From the NCBI GenBank assembly GCA_000320545.1, contig ADNK01001159.1, forward strand, positions 1 to 64,000: a stretch of 64,000 nt of DNA, read 5' to 3'. Position 1 is the first letter of the stretch; each line of letters opens with the position of its first letter. Source of the stretch: Bigelowiella natans CCMP2755. Taxonomy: Eukaryota > Protista > Cercozoa. Shown here one piece after another: positions 40,799 to 54,265 of this stretch. The notes under the pieces were generated by a model. That model was not told where the DNA came from, did not search any database, and saw only the letters and a list, made by a program, of their open reading frames with translations. The position numbers and the translations under genes were made by a program.

Positions 40799-43050
40799 AT
40801 GGCTTCCCTTTATGATGACCTTCCAGAGCCTGGTAAGTTGCATCTCTTACCATCCTTATCATCGTGATACGCAGTTGTGTGAAAGGTGGAAAAACGTACT
40901 CAGGTGCTCCGGTGAAGCCTGCGGCCTATTCCGCACCAGCCTCCGTTCCACCATCGAAAACAAAGGCCAAAGCAAACCCAAAGCCCTCTCTTCCTTGGGC
41001 TGTTCCATCAAGCGGGAAGAATGCGCTCAAATCGTCTTCATTGTTAGCGGCAACTGCGAGCAAGAAAGTAGCAAGTGCACCTATTCAAAAATCTACCCCT
41101 ACTGCTTCTGCTTCGTCATCAGCTTCCACGATAATTCCAGCAATGAGGTATAGATATCCTCCGAATCATTTCAAAATATTTTAATCATACATAATGTTTA
41201 AGACCACCACCACGGAAGGCTTTGATGAACTCCATTCCGAGGGCACTAATGGCGAAAAGGAAACTTACGACTCCAAGTATTGTAGCAATGAAACGGAACA
41301 AGGTAGTGGTACTTGTGTGAAATAGACGAAACACATATATGTCTTCTATTTTATCGATTGATTGAATGTGTTGCAGGCTCAAGCGGCCAAAAAATCAGTA
41401 ATGAACGTGCACGCCCCCGATAACGCAACGGACCAAAAGAGAAAGAGTAGGGATGTAGAATCACTGCTTCCTTCACACTTCTGATCAGAACGTAAACACG
41501 CATAGGTGTAGACAGTAAACAATGGCCATTTGGTGATAAGATCCTCGATGAGTATGACCCTGCCAAGCCGAATGATTACGAGGTTCCCCACAATGTTGTA
41601 GAAAAGAATATTAGAGTTAAGCATCCTTTCATAAAATCTCAGGAGTTTGTGAAGATGAGAGAGGAAAAATTTGAGGCTGAAGAACGTGAAAGAAGGTAAA
41701 GGGACTAAAATTGAAGACCCCATTTCCAAAAAAGACATTCTATTTTATCTGAGCACTAATTTATAGAATGGTCATGATTTGCAAATTGCCAACATACGAC
41801 TGCCGGCCACCATATTTCAATACAGGAACAAAAAGACGGCTGAAAAACTTCGCAAACAGTATGAGAAGCAAGAGACAAGTAATATCCTAAAAATTCTGAG
41901 ATTTATAGTTATAAACGTGTAACATACAAAAATCGCATCAAATAGGTACAGACCGTGTAGAAACGGGAGAAGAGGCATACATGCGCCGTGTCCGTATGTC
42001 TCAAAACGCTGGGATGTCTGTTGTAACACCTGCAAAAAGTAATGCTGGAGTAACAGGCGACGATGCGAAACCTTCTCGGGTTGTCCTTCTCACGAACATG
42101 GTAATTGCATTCAAAGCCGGGGAAACAATGTATTGCTGGACATCACTTCGATTTCCTAACATCACATTATGCGCAGGTGGGGCCGGGAGAAGTAGATAAT
42201 GACTTGGCAAATGAGGTTGGAATAATTTCTTGTAATTTTTGCTCTTTTAGTCATATGCTTTGGTCGCCTGCGTACTTATCATAAGTAAACTGCTTTGGTC
42301 GCCTGCGTACTTATCATAAGTAACCTGCAACTTTGCCTTGAACGATATGCCAACGCGTTTATGTGGTAATGACCAAAAACACGATTCCATATAATATCTT
42401 TGTTTCAAACAAACTTCAGACCGCAGAGGAATGCCAGAAATATGGCCCTGTGCTCAAGTGTAGTATCACCGAGGTAGCGATCCCCCTCATTTAGTGAAAC
42501 AATCCGTTCGTCTCGCACGCGCAATTTTTATCGTCTATCGTGCATCGTGCGTAATATGCACTTCACAGCCTACCATACACATTTAAAAGAATCCCTGAGT
42601 AACTCTTATGTGACAGTCGCCCTATAATTGATATTTATGTCTTCAATATGGCAAACAGGTTAATCGTCTTGGTGTCAAAGAGGAAGAGGCAGTGCGCATT
42701 TTCGTCGGTAGCAAATAGAATCAGGACATCACGTGCAAGCTGGGAGACAACAAAAATGAAAATAAGATGAGGCGAACAAATAACATCGGAGCTTTTGGAT
42801 GGATGCTGCGTACACATCTTAATCTACGAATTCATTTTTTATGATTGACAGTTTTCGGCACCGTCGATGCTGCAACAAAAGCACTTAAAGATCTTAATGG
42901 CAGGTTTGGTGATTGCACAAATCAACTCTCTCTCTATGACCTAACCCCGAATATTATGATACACTGAAATGTTGAATATACCTTAAGCGATATTGATCAT
43001 ATGCAGGTTCTTTGCTTATCGACAAGTTAGAGCAAGGTATAAACACTTTG

Positions 43051-43087
<37 letters not shown>

Positions 43088-43171
43088 TCGTCGAACACTA
43101 TGTGATGAATATTATTGGTAAAAAGGTTTTTCCCGGTGGATAAATTCAATCGTAATGAATTGGAGCCTTAG
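40799..43171 (+). CDS. RBM17: Splicing factor 45 (SPF45/RBM17/DRT111-like), multi-exon
   Basis: MASLYDDLPEP; DEYDPAKPNDYE; TGEEAYMRR; UHM domain PSRVVLLTNM|VGPGEVDNDLANE|TAEECQKYGPV..EEAVRIFV..KALKDLNGR|FFAYRQVRAR|FFPVDKF. Confidence 0.93.
42256..42323 (+). repeat. 35-bp-period tandem duplication in an SPF45 intron
   Basis: tgctttggtcgcctgcgtacttatcataagtaa twice. Confidence 0.95.
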
Positions 43172-43329
43172 TGTGCGTGGACAAAGCATTTGGACTAACT
43201 GAAAACATCATTAATTTAAACATATTTGGACTACGTAACAAATTAGTAGATGCTACAGTGTACATCTTGCGCTCGATGCAGCGTGCATGCATGTACGCAC
43301 GTTACGTAGAGTGCACGCGCACGTACCGC

Positions 43330-44290
43330 ACGTCTGCATGCACGGCAGAGCAGCAGAATGAAATCTTGCTTCTGGCAGCTAATCTAGTAATGACCACCAC
43401 AATCATGCCATGGCAATGGCATGAACATTCTTCTAGCTACATGCTACGTGCATGGCTAGATGGCATCGCAGAGCGCCTGTTTAGCTGCATGCGTCGATCA
43501 TCAGATCGTGAAAACATGAACCCTAGAACCCGATGTTGTCCTCCTCCGATCCACCTCCTCCATGCACTCCAGCGCCTTCTCCAGTTCTCACAACCTTGCT
43601 TCTTCCTCTAGCTTTTCTTTTCTTTTGTGAATGGAGGAAAAACTCTAGAAACTGCATGGACAATGAGATTGTGATGGGCGCATCCTGATCCGCCATGCTA
43701 GCATGGCTGCGCAGCCATCTAGACATGTGGCGCTGTAGCTGCCGCATTGCACAGCTACATTACAAGGATGACCATAAAAAATACAATCTTTTCATTGTCC
43801 ATCTCACGGACACGTGGAACATTGATTTTCCATGTCAACGACACTGGGTCAAGTTCCACGACAGTGAGTCAATGGAGCAGCTGAGAGGATCATCTAGATC
43901 ATGCCAGCATGCCCAATGCCACAAATGAATGCATGGAGGATTGGAGTGTTTCCGATGGTCCTGCTGAACGAAAGAATCATCGGTCGCAAGTGCCATCTCA
44001 TCCAAACTAGCAAACAATGCGAGTGACGTAGGTGTGATTGTCGAAGTCACAGTCACTGCTACAGACTGCTCTGGTACGTGCTGGCAGAGACCACCCAGAA
44101 AAGATGATTGATCGATTCATTCGTGCTCATGTTCACATTCCAACTAAATGCGCGCACAAGCGCTGCCAACAATGAAACATGGAAACATTGAAACACTAGA
44201 ATGTATGAATGAAGCGATCACATTCCCACTGCCAAGCATCCTCATCATCCTTTTCTGAACTCTTGACATTTCGCAACTAGACAAAACAAA
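43330..44290. other. TpA-depleted intergenic domain (partial)
   Basis: Mostly CTAG/CTAC residual TA; CATG/TGCA-rich. Confidence 0.8.
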
Positions 44291-44539
44291 CTTTATCACT
44301 TTGTCGCACTGTGATTGCCACCTTCATTTTCCAGTTATGTAAATCGTCGGGGGATATGATGCTCATAACAGCATAGTCCTGTTACAAGAAAAACAGTAAA
44401 TTAGAAATTACAACTTGGAAAAATTAATTAAACGGGTAAGTGATTGTCGCAGTATTTATAATGCACTTTACATTCAGACTGTGTGCGTACAATAAGGCCT
44501 TAAATTTATTATCATAAATTCTCCGAATCTCAACCTACA

Positions 44540-47500
44540 ATGGCTGACAGTGGTGGACCAACGCGACGTAGTGTTGGCGCTGTGTCCCTAACTCATTTGT
44601 TTTCACACTCTAACCTACACGATGAAATTCCTTGTGTGAAAAGCGCTTGTGTCCACGCAGTAGAAGGGAAAACCATTCAAGCTTTGAATGCATTCTGCTC
44701 TTATTCTTGTTGCAGATAATGTAGACGTCGTGAAGTCTATAGCGAAAGCAGAGAAGGAGATACAGAAGCATGGAATTTTGAAGGTCGGAAACATTATTCA
44801 TGTTGGTTTATCCTACAGAGATATAAGTAACGAAAAAATCCCGCTTTGCAACCAAAGGTAAATGGAATTGTGGAGATATTAGAACATCTCTCCCAGAGCG
44901 AATCCCCCATCCCTGTAAGGATTAAAGGAGCAGTAGGTACAAACGAATAGAGTATGCTAAGTATTCGTCCTATTACATTATGTATCGGGCCAATGCCAAT
45001 AATAAACAAATCGCCTTTTGCAGCAATGGCAAGAATATTCTTAAGGCTTTACTCTGAAGGGTCAGTAGCCAATTCAAATTTGTTTTTCGATAATGCCAAG
45101 CTTATTCGTTATAAACACAGGCACATGAAAACAGGCCCTGTGAGATCGAGGGATGTTCAGGTCAGGCTGCTGTTTCCGAGATGTTAATTCTTGAACCCTG
45201 AGCATTTGTATTACTACTATTAAGATCTCCATGATTCGAGGAAAAAAACGGAAAAACACTTCATCAGAATCAAAAATGCATCAGGTAAAATTCTAATGGC
45301 AAGGTTATCCCCCTGCGATCTTACAAAAAATATAATGTTCCTCCAGAAGGTCAAGGAATGGCTGGATGAGAGATACCTAGAATGCGCCGAAGTCCTGGGA
45401 GCAATTTATTGTAGTAGTGGGATTGACGAGCGATTGCAGGTACGTCTCGAGCATGCAACCATGAGCTTTCCATTAAACTAAGGGACTGCAATTCATGACT
45501 GAGAAATGACCAAGAAAACTTTCCAATACAGACTGCTGCTTTTCACTCAGCACTGGAGATGTGCAAGATAGATGGTAATTAACAATTAGATGTTAACGGA
45601 TGATGCAATGTAATGTGAGATTATGATGATAGGGGAAAGACGGGGGAAGCTATACGAAGGAACATTCCAGAAACTTCTCATAAGGGTACTTCTTCTCTAT
45701 TCTTACTGCGCGATGAAATCCAATCCTGGCGATGTGTTGCATTATTTGTGATAATACAATTCCCAGCTGTTGTGTGTCGCGTCCCTGCCAAAAGCTCTAT
45801 TAGACCACTTTGACTCAAAGTAATGACTTTTTTTGTGTGTAAATTCGCTGGTAAAATGAGAGTTCATCTGTATTCTACCAGGTTCTTAAGATACATCGAT
45901 GTGAGCAAGGACACTTTTAAAGTATTCACACCAAATGAATTGTATTCTAGTCGAGGAAACTAAGTATTCACGTCACCGACATTCATTAGGTCTTAAAAGC
46001 TGCATTGTCGTCAAGCGAAGCTCTAGAAAAGTCTATTTCTTGTTCTGTGACGTCGTCGGAACATGAAGATGGCCATAATGAAAATGATAAAAAATCCTTG
46101 TCTAGTAACAAAACTGAGATCTTGAAGAACAACTTCTTGGGGAACGCAACAGGATTGTTACTGCGGATGTCGGATGCTAAAAACCAATTCCGCTATCAAG
46201 GTCCTTCAAACTCTCCTCCCTTAATACACAAAAAATATGTTTTCATGTGTTTTGTGTTATGTAGGCGGGGAAAAGTACCTTGATGATAGTAAGATTTCAT
46301 CGTTAGACCATTCAAAAAAAAGGAGGAGAATATCTGGAATCGAACAGGAAAATGGTAAATTATATAGAGAATAGCAACAGTGAGAAAGGAAGAATATAAT
46401 TTAATCAGGCTGAGGATAACGCATTTCATGCATTAGTCATCATCATCATCTTCACTAGCTGAAACACGTCAACACAGGTATTTTGGAAGATATGAGAGAC
46501 TACGCCAAGGTTGTTCCGAAGATAAATTTAGACCGCGAAAAACTCTACTTGCCCCCAACATTTCTACCCATTATAATCGTTGTGGTCTTGTGAATATTAT
46601 ATAGGCCTTGTCGCAGGCTTGGTTAGCGCTCTTCAAGCATAGGCTTCCGACATCCTCATATGAACAAACCCTGAAATGTATGAAAGATACAATCCTTCCA
46701 AGGTGAGTTATGCCTCGTCCTTGTCTATTTGGAAGCTAAGTGCTTATGGAAGTTGCTGGCTCCTACTATGCATTGATGGAAATTCGTGTTGTCTATTTTG
46801 TATAATGTGTAACGTAGGATCGAGCAACCAATATTGATGTTCGATTTCTTGAAGGTCTGATGCTGTGACACATAAAGAAGCATGTTTTTGTGGAATCATT
46901 TCGTGGAGCAGTGTAAAATCAAGCATCAATCAAGCATCTATATGTTTCAATTATTGATAGTCATCATATTGCCGCATTGCCAATTACCAAAACAGGTACG
47001 CATTTCTTGATCCTTCATTAATTCAAACAGGATAGTTACGATATCGGAGGTTTCGTGTCATTGCTAGCCCTGGAAGGGTACTGTCTTATGCGTTCTAACA
47101 AAATGCTAATTATGGTGAAGGTGATGGCTTTTTCTTTTGTTTGCTACAGATTGTTCATTCTTATGCAGAAGCATAATCTCGATTATCCTGATTTCTTTCC
47201 AAAGTTATATCAACTCCTTACGATAAAGGTATTGCATCGTTCAAAATCGTGTATTGCAGCCATAAAATAGAGATCAGAAAGCGAATACAATAGAGTAACT
47301 TCAGTTCCAGGAGAATTAATCCTTCTATGCTCTACTCTATTTTTCCTCATCAGAATCTTCAAAGTTCTGCGTGTGACCGTTTCTTTTCGCTGCTGCCTTT
47401 GTTCCTCAAATCTTTCAAGCTGCCTGCCTACATGGTTGCAGCGTTTGCCAAAAGGTTGTGTCCCTCCCCTATTCAAGTATATTTGTTGCTAATAATTTAC

Positions 47501-48668
47501 CGCAGAGCAAGTTTTTGTAGGCCTTAATCATTTGACATAAATATCTCAGATTGTGTCGCATATCCCTGAAAGCAGAAGTGCCTATTTGCATATTCTCACT
47601 GGCTTTGGTAATAACCTAAAGCATCGTTTTCTGCTATTATCCCGAGATTATTCATGTTATTAGGTGTTCAATCTACTCAAAAGGCATCCGCAGTGTCAGG
47701 AATTAGTCCATAGAGTACCCAAGGTAGATTATTAAATCGATTCATTCGTTCGATATACGAGTATCTCGACGATAGTGATACTCATGATAAGATAACATGT
47801 GCAGGAAGAGGGTATCCTAGCTGTTGTGCGGAGAAAGCCTTTTGGCCCAGATCCTTATCAAGAAAGCAACCCCGACATGGCAACGTCCGTATTAGCAGCA
47901 TCGTGTCTGTCTCCGTCCCACATGCGAACTATTTCCGCAGCGAGCCTTCTTTATCAACTGCCACCAAAAATGATGATTACAATGCAAACCATCTTTCGTC
48001 TGAAATCTAATGAAGATTGCATTCCCAACATATTCTGATTGGCAAGGAAATATGGAAATTTTTGGTTATTCAAATATCTTTAGTAAAATACGATACAATA
48101 AACTGCGTATTGTTTCTGAAAAGGTGCAAAGCCATTGATAGTTGCCTGTGGGAAATCAAGACTTTGAAGAACCACTACTCTCCTAAGGCATGTTCTACAG
48201 AAAGTTTTGATTCCATTTGCGATCTAATTATTGCTCTGGTGCAGCATCTCATATTTTTTGTGAACAGGTTGTCGCACTTGTCAGGAACTTCACAGATGAA
48301 AATGCACCGAAATACGAAAGTAATAAATATTCATTTTTTTGAAAGATGTTGTAATTTTCATCTAGTTGTAAAAGATATCTGATGAATTTTCAGTCGACAT
48401 GGAGCCCTACATCAAAGAGAACTTCAATTCGTTATATGAAGAGGTTCCATTCATTTGTTTACTGACGTGACTCGAAATCCAAATATTAAATGGAAAAAAT
48501 GTGAAAACAGGAGGCGAACCACAGAATCAATCATCGTGTAGCTCTTCGGTAAGAAATGCTGATGCAGAATCCGTAGTTCTTTTTAAAAAATGAGGTTTTG
48601 CTTTCAGGTACAATCCCCCGGAGAAACTATTTGCAGGGAATTCTTTCATGCAAGATTTTCAAGAATGA
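44540..48668 (+). CDS. NOC4: Nucleolar complex protein 4 (CBF/Mak21 family), about 20 exons
   Basis: SQAWLALF; SYDIGGFVSLLALEG|LFILMQKHNLDYPDFFPKLYQLL; LFLKSFKLPAYMVAAFAKR|L; FNLLKRHPQC; KAIDSCLWEIKTLKNHYSP. Confidence 0.93.
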
Positions 48669-48759
48669 TTGAACCGAATGAAGAAACCTGATATATTGAT
48701 GAAGAATGTCAATTTGAAATTGCAAAATGAAGAGTACCCTTTAACATCGTATGTAGTCC

Positions 48760-49960
48760 TGCACGTTGTGCGACACGATTTGTCAACATGATGATGATGA
48801 GCTGCACACAAACATCTAGAACTAGACATGCTCTAGATGTTGTTGCTGCACGCGTGCGACAACTACTTGTGCGATCAGCATCATCATTTGATGTAAAGGA
48901 ATCAAACGTTGTGATGGCAACATGTGCGCGTGTTGTCAAATTGCTTGCACACATGCCACTACTAGGCTAGCTTGCTTGCACCGCTCTAGCTAGCTAGCAC
49001 GCTAAAAACAGACAAGTGCAATTTGAGCGTAGCACTCCCATGTGCCGTGACGACCGCGGCAGCTTGCGGACCATGCCGCCACAGTGCAACAGATGCCATG
49101 CCCTGGTGCTGCGTCGTCACTTTCGTGCGCTAGTGTGATCTCAATGATGGCACAAAAACGCGTGGCGTTTTCGATGCGATCGACACGATGCCATCTAGCA
49201 GATGTGAACAACACCAGAATGCGAGCCAATCGACACAGTTTTCTAGTTTGGACGATCGCGCTACTGCTGGGCTGGCACTGGTCAGCGCTGAGCCCCAATC
49301 TGGCAACATGGAGGCGGCGAAAGTGTTGCGAAGAGAGCACAGACGACGCTGGCCACAATGAGGGTTCGACAAACGATCGAGTGAGGAAACGAACGAAGCG
49401 GTTCCAACGGTGCACGATGATCATCACGGATGGTGGGGTGTGCCAAGTGCCAACAAACACAACCGTGTCAGCACGCCAAGCCAACAAGCAACAAAACAAT
49501 CACGGTGGATCGAAAAGACCAAGGGTTCGTTTTGCATCCGACAGCCACGGCACCTGGACTGGTCACCTGCAGGGCAATGAGCAAACGCAAAGACAATTTG
49601 TGACTCCCGCAAACTCAACGTCCAGAACGTTCGAGACCCCAACAAAGCAACAAAGCCAGAAAGCCACAATGACTTGTGGCCAGCTGAACCAGTGGAGCGG
49701 TCCTTTGTGGCTCCAGCAGCCACGCACCCGGGATCGGAACCACATCCGTGTGAATGATTCAACAGCCCATTGCATCAATCTCATGGAAACTCCTTTTTTG
49801 TCTGAACAAATGAACAAGTGGATGAGTGAATGTGCTTCCAATGCTTGGTTCGAATGGATCACTGAAGACGCACTGATGTGGCATCATCTTTCGGGGAAAA
49901 TGTCTGTCGGAAGAGACTACCGACTGCACATCGCCCTATGCACACAACAATTAAGATTTG
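48760..49960. other. TpA-depleted intergenic domain
   Basis: No TA at all between 49264 and 49917. Confidence 0.93.
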
Positions 49961-50556
49961 AACTTGTCGCATCACGATAACAGCCTCATTGTTCTTGCAG
50001 GCACCACGGAAAGATTTTCGTCAATTTTTTCTCCTGTCGCAAGGGGTCTTATCCTCTTGAATTTTCATGATATTTTGGATTTTTACCTCTAAAACAAAAA
50101 AAAACGTCAATAATAAGAAGGAGAGAAGACTATCAAGGACGAACAACACATTTAACCTTGTTCCTCCCCCTGCCCACCTGGCTACCCTTTTTGGGCCCTG
50201 TGCGTGAGTGCGTGTTGCGTCGGAAGCGAAAAAAGAACGCGGCACCTTTCGGAGGCACCCTCAGTAATCATTCACAATCAATCATGCATCGTGAAAAGAC
50301 GTGTGAGCAAAGCAGGGAGTGCAAAGATGTTCATATCGAGAGTCGGTCGACGGGCACGATTAAACTTTTCAATCAGCATTGAATATATATGAAACCTTTG
50401 AAAGGCAGCATAGTTCGTTTAGTCGTTACCATTTCATCGTAGGTGCAATATATATATATTTTTTGTTGATATCTCCCTAACAGGAATAAATTGGTCATTT
50501 GTATTTTGATGTTAAGGAGACTATCGACACTTAACAAGTAGTAATGGCGCACTATC

Positions 50557-51553
50557 ATGGCGAGCAAGTAAGACCGAACCTATATTTCTGCTCTCGCTCA
50601 TCCTATTACGAATCATCTCGGATGATTCATACTGTGTTGTCATCAGGTAGTAGACCAGGAACTACAGCTGGTGAATGGGGACTCTGAGGAAGAAGGAGGC
50701 GGAGTTTCGTGGTCACAAGGACAAGAAGTTGAGGTTAAATATTTTCTGCCTTCAATTTGCCTCAATATCCTCAACATTCGGATGATTTCATCACTCGACT
50801 CTGCTGTTGGTGGAAGACTGTTTTTGGTTAACGCCCATTTTTCCTTGAACAGTCGAAGATAACAGTTCCTTATCTTTTCTAGGTATATTCTCGTAGCAAA
50901 GACAGATGGATAGCCGCCGTAATAAGAAAAGTAATGAGAGAAAATGGCGAAGATTGGATCCAGGTTAATTATTCCGTCTATCATTCACCATGGTACTCTA
51001 AAGCAAGAGTTGTATTCCAAGGTCTATTACAAAAACTCGACCCAGATGAAAGACGTTCGGTAGAGGAAACATCTTCATAAAATAATTCACATTCATGAAA
51101 TGATGCGTTTTTTGGTGGAAATATAGCGCGGACTCTAAAGATATAAGGGTCATCGCTAGAAGAGGTAGCATTAATTCTGCCGTTTCCCCTTGCGTATCCT
51201 AATTTTCAAAATGTACCATCCTTACAGCCTCTCCGAAGTTCTTGAAGGTTATCTTTGCAATCAGATGTCCATAAAATCTCTACAATTTTTACTTACTTAT
51301 TATTCTCTACTGCATCTCTACGTAACCCATAATCTATTCGTACAGCATGGAGGGGCAGGAGATCAGAAAAGGTTCCAAAATAGCATTTTTGTTACGTCAC
51401 ATCATGACTAATAAACTAATTAATTATGTAGTACGGGGCTTGGTTTTACCAAAATTCTGCACAAAATAGCAGCTATTTCCAAACAGGTCTTCATACTCGA
51501 CAAATTATTTTTTATGTAGATTCCTTACACTAAGAACATTATTATATTCACTA

Positions 51554-51598
<45 letters not shown>

Positions 51599-53379
51599 TA
51601 TAAACTGCATGTTTTGTTTTGCGTGTTTGTGTGGGAAGTGTAGGGAAGCACAGAATTTAAGTAGACTTTTACGACGGATTTGGTGCTCGTGTGTGTCGTC
51701 CTAGGTTGAGGGAGGATTATATCTCATCAAGAGAGTGGCAACTGTCATTCATAGACTAGCTCATTTGGAGCAGACTCATGTCCAAGCTTCTAAAAAGGCG
51801 CTCGATCAAGAGAAGCATAAGTTGAAGGTACCATACAAAGAGAAATGTTGTTCTTTGTTTCTTAAGATTTGACCGTTCAGGAGAAGTTTACAGACGAGAT
51901 GACAAGATGCGTCGATGCGTGGGAAGGAACGGAAATGTATTTAACCAGTCAATTAAGCAAGAGGGAGCAGTTGGCAACAAAGATGGAACAACAAATAGCA
52001 ACCCCTATGATGGAGTTCTTCAACGATTCCGAATTGAAGCGAAAGGCTATTATTAAAGACGAAAAGAAATATGGGGTTGAGATGAATCGAGCTAAGTTGG
52101 GAGTGCAGAAGAACTTGCGAAATTGCCAAAAGCTCATCAAGAGTTGTATCGTTGCAAAGTCAGAAGAGGAAGAAAAGAAAAAGGGAGGCCCTGTCAAAAA
52201 AAATAAATTTGGTGGCATGCTCAAATGGGCGAAGAATATGATGAGAGGCAGTCTCCAAGACCTCCAGACCCAGGCAGCTTCAGCTGCCAAAAACTACATT
52301 GCTTCAATAGAGTATGCAAACGAACGACAAAAAAAACACTTCGAAAAGGAACTTCCTCTGATATGTAAGCAATTCGAAATGCTCGAAAGATCGCGAATGA
52401 ATGCGCTGTATAAGTATCTCAACATGCTGAACACCCTATCATACGAGCATGCGGATCCTGTTATCAAATACATCGAAGCGCATAAAGCTTCAGTGACAAA
52501 CATTAACCCAGATCTTGACATTGGTGACTTTGCCGCCAACATAATCCGCAATTATGGGGATGTTCCTGAGATTGAGCCTTATACCTACCAGCTGTCATGT
52601 CAGCTGAAGGATATCAAAGCTGGAAGATTTGAGGGCAATCCTAATTCCTTCTTCTTTGCCACACTCGAGCACTGCATGGAGCTGCAAAGTGGGAAGCACT
52701 CGAATCTCGACGTACCGATAATTGTTGTAAACATGATCGAAGCAATCAGAAAGTTAGGCGGTTTTACTGTGGAAGGAATATTCCGGCTTTCCGCGAAAAA
52801 GGATGATCTTGTACGGCTACGAAAGCAATTTGATCAAGGAATCTATGCAGTGAAAGAAACGTCGCCCCATGTACCAGCAGGGTTACTCAAGCAATGGCTG
52901 CGAGAACTAGCAGAGCCACTGATACCTACCGAGAAATACGCAGAAGCCATAGAAATTGCGAGAAGCAAACCGGAACTCCAGGATGTACAGAACTTTGTCG
53001 AGAAACTTCCTGGGATAAACCTTAATGTAAACTCACTTAAGATGAATACTTACCACCCTTTATATACATTACTAGCTTTGAGCATTATTTTATTTGAAAT
53101 GTAGTAACTCATTGCATATTTACATTTAGGTTTTAAAGCATATTTCTTCTATGGCAAAAGAAATTGCAGCGCAGTCTGCAGTGAACAAGATGACGTTCTC
53201 CAATCTCGCAATCGTGTTCGCTCCAGGGTATTAACAGTTACGATATGTATCTCATTTGGTTTTTAATCTTTCTACTATTTTTCAGAATGCTACGGAATCC
53301 TTCTGAAGACCCACATGAAATGCTTGAGAATAGTAAATATGAGACCCTGTTCACAAAATTTTTGTTACAAACAGGGTAG
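50557..53379 (+). CDS. F-BAR-like coiled coil plus RhoGAP protein with a small N-terminal beta-barrel
   Basis: RhoGAP: VPIIV..EGIFRLS (Arg finger)..PHVPAGLLKQWLRELAEPLIP..NKMTFSNLAIVFAPG; preceded by a long F-BAR-like helical region (HFEKELPLICKQFEMLERSRM); stop 53377-53379. Confidence 0.9.
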
Positions 53380-53527
53380 ACCCAATCGGTTTAATTCTGA
53401 GGACATCGGAAACAAATGCTCCGATGGTTTAATCTAAGTCTTTGATAAGCTAAAAAGTTATTACTACCTTTCAGAACAAACTAGTAGATATGGGCCGATA
53501 TCATGGTGATATTAATCATATTCGATA

Positions 53528-53586
53528 GCACATAAGCACATAAGCGGCCTAATGATACTGCACATAAGCGGCCTAACGATACTGCT
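53528..53586 (+). repeat. Tandem duplication downstream of the RhoGAP gene
   Basis: gcacataagcggcctaa(t/c)gatact twice plus a partial copy. Confidence 0.85.
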
Positions 53587-54265
53587 AGGCCTATGTTAAA
53601 ACACCGTCGCACATTTATGCAGTATTAAAAATACCAGCTATTACACTTGTATGGCGGGTAAGGGTAGGTCTATGGGGACCTATATAGGTCCGTATATATA
53701 GATCTACAATACTGATCAATTGTACGTGTGTGCGCATGTGTACGTGTGAAATAATCTTTCTAGCTCTGCTAGCATAAGCGTGCTTTAATGCTGGCGGAAT
53801 CAATACAAAACCTACAGCGGCGCGATGCGATGTGGATAATCACTTATGAGTTGTGCTAAGGCTCTACAATAGCCATAGAGTACTCTAGTACTGTGACAAA
53901 ACTTAGCACGCGTAGCGTGATGTACAAGTCGGCTAGCAGCAACAATACTAGAATGATAACATTTTTTGCAATAAATATGTCGCGTACGTGCATAGCTAGA
54001 TAGGCCATCGGGGAAGCCATCTAACGTACAATACTCGTTGTGATGAAAATTCATTTATTATTAGCTTATATGGGGAAGTTTCTTCCAACGTCATTCCAAG
54101 TGCGTCATCACGTGCACAACTCTAGTACTTAGCTATGCATGACGCTTCAAATTAGGATTCGTCGAAGACATTTTGTCAGAACCAAAACTTAGATTGTCTT
54201 CGTTATCATGTCTCTTTCTTGTAAATGTACATCGAGATGTTTTTCTTTTGTTTACAGTGGAACTA

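Noticed and set aside
42256-42323. 35-bp direct repeats resembling CRISPR
   Set aside because: Two adjacent copies with no spacers, in a eukaryotic intron
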